64,000 nt of DNA from an uncultured Bacteroidota bacterium (lineage in GTDB: Bacteria; Bacteroidota; Bacteroidia; B-17B0; Aurantibacillaceae), in the NCBI GenBank assembly GCA_903893815.1, contig CAITNS010000053.1:129826-193825 (forward strand), in the 5' to 3' direction. The notes beneath the pieces were generated by a model. It was not told the origin of the DNA. It did no database searches and was given only the letters and a program-made list of their open reading frames with translations. A program made the position numbers and the translations under genes. Of this stretch, positions 59,856-64,000 are shown piece by piece; the first letter of the stretch is position 1, and the number at the start of each line of letters is the position of its first letter.

Positions 59856-59875
59856 CAAATTCGTAATCAAATAAA

Positions 59876-60922
59876 ATGCTAGAAAATACAGAAAGAACAG
59901 AATTAACAACATTAGGTGAGTTTGGATTAATTAAACACTTAACTGAACACGTGGAAATACATAACGATTCATCTATCAAAGGAATTGGTGATGATGCCGC
60001 CGTTATAAAATACAATGGAGAAAAACACACTTTAGTTTCTACGGACATGTTAGTAGAAGGCGTGCACTTTGATTTAACGTATGTGCCTTTAAAACATTTA
60101 GGATACAAAGCCATCATCGTTAACTTATCGGACATTTGTGCTATGAATGGCACGCCAAAGCAAGTCACCGTGAGCATTGCAGCCTCTAACCGTTTTTCGG
60201 TAGAAGCTTTAGAAGAATTATATGCAGGGATGATTTTTGCATGTAACAAATACAACGTTGATTTAGTTGGCGGAGATACCACTTCAACAACTAGCGGCTT
60301 AGTAATTAGCGTTACTGCAATTGGCGAGGCTAATAAAGAAGATATTGTTTACCGTAATGGTGCCAAAGAAAAAGATTTGTTATGTGTAAGCGGCGATTTA
60401 GGTGGGGCTTATATGGGTTTGCAAATTTTAGAAAGAGAGAAATTTGTATTTAAAGATAACCCGAATGTACAACCTGATTTAGTTGGTAGCGATTATATTT
60501 TAGAACGCCAATTAAAGCCTGAAGCACGTGTTGATATTATTGAATTACTAAAAGATTTAAATGTAAAACCAACCAGTATGATAGATGTGAGCGATGGCTT
60601 AGCTTCAGAATTAATGCACCTTTGCACACAAAGCGAATTGGGTTGTGAATTGTATGAAGAAAAAATTCCTCTAGACCCACAAACATTTGATACCGCTCGA
60701 GAGTTTAATTTAGACCCAACGGTTTGCGCCCTAAGTGGTGGCGAAGACTATGAATTATTATTTACCATTTCGATGGCAGATTATGATAAAATAAAACACG
60801 TACCTGATTTTACAATTATTGGACACATGACACCAAAAGCAAGCGGCATTAATTTAATTGCCAAAGCTGGAACCTCACACCCCATACAAGCACAAGGCTG
60901 GAATGCATTTAAACAAGACTAA
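59876..60922 (+). CDS. thiL: thiamine-phosphate kinase ThiL
   Basis: GIGDDAAV, STDMLVEGVHF and GGDTTS motifs. Confidence 0.9.
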   Translation: MLENTERTELTTLGEFGLIKHLTEHVEIHNDSSIKGIGDDAAVIKYNGEKHTLVSTDMLVEGVHFDLTYVPLKHLGYKAIIVNLSDICAMNGTPKQVTVSIAASNRFSVEALEELYAGMIFACNKYNVDLVGGDTTSTTSGLVISVTAIGEANKEDIVYRNGAKEKDLLCVSGDLGGAYMGLQILEREKFVFKDNPNVQPDLVGSDYILERQLKPEARVDIIELLKDLNVKPTSMIDVSDGLASELMHLCTQSELGCELYEEKIPLDPQTFDTAREFNLDPTVCALSGGEDYELLFTISMADYDKIKHVPDFTIIGHMTPKASGINLIAKAGTSHPIQAQGWNAFKQD

Positions 60923-60923
60923 G

Positions 60924-61265
60924 ATGAACAAAATATTTCTTATACTACTAACAGCAATAACATTATTGGCTTGCGACAGTAAAAAAACAAGCATCGCTGG
61001 AACGGTTGTAAATGCTGTAACAGGCGAGCCTTTGCCAAATGTATTGATAAGCTATGTGCAATGTAAAGAGAACGGAGATGATTGCACGGAGGTTATCATC
61101 GGGCAAATGTACACTTTGCAAGACGGTACTTTTAAGATAGACCAAAAGCGTGCTAACAAATCCAAAACACGTTGGATAACAGTTCACAAAGCCACCAAAA
61201 AAATAGGCCAAGTAGATAATGTAGGTCTGACGGATAAAAGCATTACAATCGCAGTAACACCCTAA
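60924..61265 (+). CDS. small lipoprotein with carboxypeptidase-regulatory-like beta-sandwich
   Basis: MNKIFLILLTAITLLACDSKK lipobox, then IAGTVVNAVTGEPLPNVLISY, typical of CarboxypepD_reg-like domains. The longer ORF from 60858 overlaps thiL and is unlikely. Confidence 0.6.
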   Translation: MNKIFLILLTAITLLACDSKKTSIAGTVVNAVTGEPLPNVLISYVQCKENGDDCTEVIIGQMYTLQDGTFKIDQKRANKSKTRWITVHKATKKIGQVDNVGLTDKSITIAVTP

Positions 61266-61331
61266 ACATTAATAATTAATTACTCAACTTTCTAAACCTT
61301 CATAACCTTTCAACTTTCAAAACTTAACGAT

Positions 61332-61754
61332 ATGAGCACAGAAAATTCAATTGAATCATCAAAAGCACCTGAACCAGTTGGTTTATATCCCCACGCACGC
61401 CGTGTTGGTAATTTATTATTTTTAAGTGGTGTTGGTCCACGTGAGCGTGGTACTAAAAAAATACCAGGAGTTGAATTAGATGAAAACGGAAACATCACTT
61501 CTTATGATATTGCCGCGCAATGCCACAGCGTATTTCGTAACATTAAATATATTTTAGAAGACTCTGGTAGCAGCTGGGATAAAATTGTGGACGTACAAGT
61601 TTTTTTAACCAATATGAAAGATGACTTTAAAATTTACAACGCTTTGTGGGCTGAGTATTTTAAAGAAAATCCTCCTTGCCGAACTACTATAGAAATTAAT
61701 TGTTTGCCTACTCCTATTGGGATTGAGTTAAAGGTGATTGCGACGATTGATTAG
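61332..61754 (+). CDS. RidA family protein (reactive intermediate / enamine-imine deaminase)
   Basis: YPHARRVGNLLFLSGVGP and the C-terminal CRTTIEINCLPTPIGIELKVIA are typical of the YjgF/RidA fold. Confidence 0.88.
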   Translation: MSTENSIESSKAPEPVGLYPHARRVGNLLFLSGVGPRERGTKKIPGVELDENGNITSYDIAAQCHSVFRNIKYILEDSGSSWDKIVDVQVFLTNMKDDFKIYNALWAEYFKENPPCRTTIEINCLPTPIGIELKVIATID

Positions 61755-61785
61755 AAAGTTCATTAAATAAATAACATTTACTGCC

Positions 61786-62646
61786 ATGCAACGACCACAA
61801 ACTATACAGATTTTTTTACCTGATGGCAATCCAACAAGTATTAAAATAGCAGATTTAACAAACAGGATGATGACTGCTGTTCTTTTCCCAAGGAACAAAT
61901 TAGTTGAAGTTGGTGCAAGAGATGAAGTAAAAAAATATGGCGTTTATTTCCTATTTGGATATAGTGATGAAAAGGCAAAGCCAATTTGCTATATAGGTGA
62001 AACAGAAGATTGTTTTGAAAGAATTAAAAATCATAATAAAAATAAAGACTTTTGGAATCACGCAATTGTTATAACATCTAAGTCAAATACATTTACAAAA
62101 TCACACGTCAAATATTTAGAGTATTTATGTATTAAAAATGCAAATGAAATTGGTCGTTTTGATACAGAAAACTTAGCTACTCCTTCAAAACCCCATATAA
62201 CTGAAAGCATGGAGGCTGATTTGCTAGATAATTACGACACTGTGAAAATATTATTAGCGACGTTGGGTTATCCTATATTTGAAGAAATTAAAAAATCATT
62301 AGAAAAGAAAAAAGAAATACTTTTTTGTAAAGGAAAGGATGCAAATGCAGAAGGTGATATGGTTGATGATGGTTTTGTTGTTTTTAAAGGTTCAACTGCA
62401 AATAAAGAAGAATCAAATACTGCAGGTACCTGGGTTACTGGAACTAGGAAGAAGTTAATAGACAGCAAAATTTTGGTTGAAGAAGAAGGAATTTATATAT
62501 TCACTGAAGATTATTTATTTGGATCACCTAGTACTGCCGCGGCTACAGTTTTAGGCAGAAGAGCAAATGGATGGACTGAGTGGAAAAATGACCAAGGGAA
62601 AACAATTGATAAATTGTTCAGGTCTGATTCTACAGATGTAATTTAA
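61786..62646 (+). CDS. GIY-YIG nuclease family protein with DUF4357-like C-terminal domain
   Basis: GIY-YIG elements YGVYFLFG ... CYIGETEDCFERIKNHN. C-terminal SPSTAAATVLGRRANGWTEWK. Confidence 0.7.
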   Translation: MQRPQTIQIFLPDGNPTSIKIADLTNRMMTAVLFPRNKLVEVGARDEVKKYGVYFLFGYSDEKAKPICYIGETEDCFERIKNHNKNKDFWNHAIVITSKSNTFTKSHVKYLEYLCIKNANEIGRFDTENLATPSKPHITESMEADLLDNYDTVKILLATLGYPIFEEIKKSLEKKKEILFCKGKDANAEGDMVDDGFVVFKGSTANKEESNTAGTWVTGTRKKLIDSKILVEEEGIYIFTEDYLFGSPSTAAATVLGRRANGWTEWKNDQGKTIDKLFRSDSTDVI

Positions 62647-62658
62647 TGCCTGTAAAAA

Positions 62659-63054
62659 ATGCTCCAATCCCTTGCCCACATAGCTTTATTAGTTAATGAT
62701 TATGATGAAGCCATTAAATTTTATACTCAAACATTACATTTTGTCTTATTAGAAGATAAAGTAATGAGCCCAACTAAACGTTGGGTAATGATAGCGCCGC
62801 AAGGCAGCACTGGAACAAGTATATTACTAGTAAAAGCAAGTAATGAGGAACAACAAAATAGAGTAGGTAATCAAACAGGCGGACGCGTATTTTTGTTTTT
62901 ATATTCGGATGATATTAAAAGAGATTACCAAAATTTATTAGAAAAAAAAGTTACTATTGTTGAAGAACTAACCAATAAACCACACGGAACTGTTTTGGTG
63001 TTTGCTGATTTGTATGGCAATTTGTGGGATTTGATTGAACCTCGTATAATTTAA
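62659..63054 (+). CDS. VOC (glyoxalase/bleomycin-resistance/dioxygenase) family protein
   Basis: The LAHIALLVNDYDEAIKFYTQTL start and C-terminal PHGTVLVFADLYGNLWDLIEP are typical of VOC proteins. Confidence 0.8.
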   Translation: MLQSLAHIALLVNDYDEAIKFYTQTLHFVLLEDKVMSPTKRWVMIAPQGSTGTSILLVKASNEEQQNRVGNQTGGRVFLFLYSDDIKRDYQNLLEKKVTIVEELTNKPHGTVLVFADLYGNLWDLIEPRII

Positions 63055-63097
63055 AACACATAGTCACATAGTATCTATAACTATGTGACTATGTGTT
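63055..63097 (+). terminator. perfect 17-bp stem-loop after the VOC gene
   Basis: AACACATAGTCACATAG (63055-63071), a 9-nt loop, then CTATGTGACTATGTGTT (63081-63097), starting right after the stop. It is followed by an A9 run rather than T, so terminator function is uncertain. Confidence 0.45.
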
Positions 63098-63169
63098 AAA
63101 AAAAAATCTTATCATACGTAAAGAACACATATATAAATATTGACGAACTTTACATAGTAAATTTATACC

Positions 63170-63594
63170 ATGGAACGCAAGGAATTTATAACATCAAAAA
63201 TTTTCATCAATCTTCCAGTAAAAAATTTACAAAAGTCTATGGACTTTTATACTAAACTTGGGTTTAGCAATAATCCACAATTTACGAATGAATTGGCAGC
63301 TTGCATGGTTTTAAACGAAACTATCTTTGTGATGCACTTAACCTATGAGCATTTTAAAAATTTTACAAAAAAAGAGATTGCAGATGCACAAAAATCAACA
63401 CAATTGTTATTGGCTATAGAGGTTGAAAGCGTTGAAAAAGTGAAAGAACTAGTCAATATTGCCAAGAATCAGGTGGAGAAATATACATGGATGCTGCTGA
63501 TCATGGGTGGATGTATCAGCATAGTTTTGCTGATTTAGATGGTCACCAATGGGAGCTAGGCTATATGGATATGAGTAAATTCCCACAACAATAG
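63170..63594 (+). pseudogene. VOC/glyoxalase-like family protein interrupted by a 1-nt frameshift
   Basis: Frame 1 ends at 63538 with a nonsense tail. Frame +2 from about 63466 reads ESGGEIYMDAADHGWMYQHSFADLDGHQWELGYMDMSKFPQQ and stops at 63594, a typical C-terminus for this family. One extra base between 63463 and 63466 (GCCAAnGAATCAGG) would restore a single ORF. Confidence 0.65.
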
Positions 63595-63742
63595 GCAGTT
63601 TAAAAAGATAGAATTTGGTAACGTTTATTATACATTGATGTATATCATCATTTATCCACAATTCATCTAATTTCTTTCTCAAAATCTGAGATTATAGCTA
63701 TATTTAACCTTCAAAAATTAAAAACAATCTGATTAAAAACAT

Positions 63743-64000
63743 ATGGAAAAAGTACTAAAATCATTAGGTATTAAAGACTTAAACAATGGATGCGCTACTG
63801 GTAAAAATTATTTTGCAAGCGGAGATGTTATAGAATCTTATAGTCCGGTTGACGGAAAACTAATTGCTAAAGTACAAGTAGCAAATGAATCAGATTACGA
63901 AAAAGTAGTTCAGGTAGCATCAGAAGCATTTAAAGTATGGCGTAATATTCCAGCGCCCAAGCGTGGTGAAATTGTTCGTCAGTATGGCGAAAAATTACGT
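63743..64000 (+). CDS. aldehyde dehydrogenase family protein (ALDH7 / aminoadipate-semialdehyde dehydrogenase-like), 3' end outside window
   Basis: ATG at 63743 with an open frame to the window edge (86 codons): MEKVLKSLGIKDLNNGCATGKNYFASGDVIESYSPVDGKLIAKV...WRNIPAPKRGEIVRQYGEKLR. This resembles the N-terminus of piperideine-6-carboxylate dehydrogenases. Confidence 0.75.
   Translation, partial: MEKVLKSLGIKDLNNGCATGKNYFASGDVIESYSPVDGKLIAKVQVANESDYEKVVQVASEAFKVWRNIPAPKRGEIVRQYGEKLR

Noticed and set aside
59791-60282. 163-aa ORF antisense to the 5' part of thiL.
   Set aside because: It overlaps a well-supported ThiL coding region on the opposite strand and has no motifs. Shadow ORF.
61266-61331. 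Repeated CAACTTTC motif upstream of the RidA gene.
   Set aside because: Only two short copies in a low-complexity spacer. No symmetry or conservation evidence.
1-64000. Search for tRNA, rRNA, transposase, integrase, reverse transcriptase, cas or restriction-modification genes.
   Set aside because: None recognised by eye on either strand. The intergenic regions are short and AT-rich, and none suggested a tRNA cloverleaf to me.

Overview
Low-GC Bacteroidota (Flavobacteriia-like) chromosomal window. Supporting signs are a T9SS sorting domain, a bacillithiol deacetylase, an S16 with an A/E/K-rich tail and a GxxExxY gene. Layout: (1) 1-12 kb is housekeeping: a 5'-truncated thioester alpha-2-macroglobulin, bshB1, the recG operon, ruvB, a frameshifted LMW-phosphatase-like gene and queG. 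(2) 12-34.3 kb is an A+T-rich polysaccharide locus. It is almost entirely on the minus strand and ends in an ABC exporter pair (Wzm/Wzt). It holds 7 glycosyltransferase-like genes, 5 methyltransferases (3 FkbM-type), 2 AsnB-type amidotransferases, 2 SDR epimerases and a membrane-anchored transglutaminase-fold protein coupled to one AsnB. (3) 34.4-39.3 kb is a 1658-aa T9SS-secreted LamG/Ig-like/PKD/CARDB protein with an internal ~1.8-kb tandem duplication. It sits between wzm and a WecE-type sugar aminotransferase. (4) 40.5-64 kb is mixed housekeeping and accessory: rdgB, a THUMP RNA methyltransferase, MlaFE, Usp, rpsP, two tandem paralogous lipoprotein genes sharing a near-identical leader, a TPR protein, a two-gene Fe-S oxidoreductase operon split by a ParE/RelE toxin-antitoxin cassette, MlaD, OM beta-barrel paralogs, an ALDH8-like dehydrogenase, a GxxExxY gene flanked by perfect 20-bp inverted repeats, thiL, RidA, an orphan GIY-YIG/DUF4357 nuclease, VOC proteins (one frameshifted) and a 3'-truncated ALDH. 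No rRNA, tRNA, CRISPR array, transposase or integrase was seen. The best candidate for something undescribed is the AsnB plus transglutaminase-fold pair within the heavily methylating ABC-dependent glycan locus. The small cassette-like insertions (TA pair with 11-bp direct repeats, GxxExxY with inverted repeats) are secondary candidates. All functional calls rest on motif and family recognition by eye; no searches were run.
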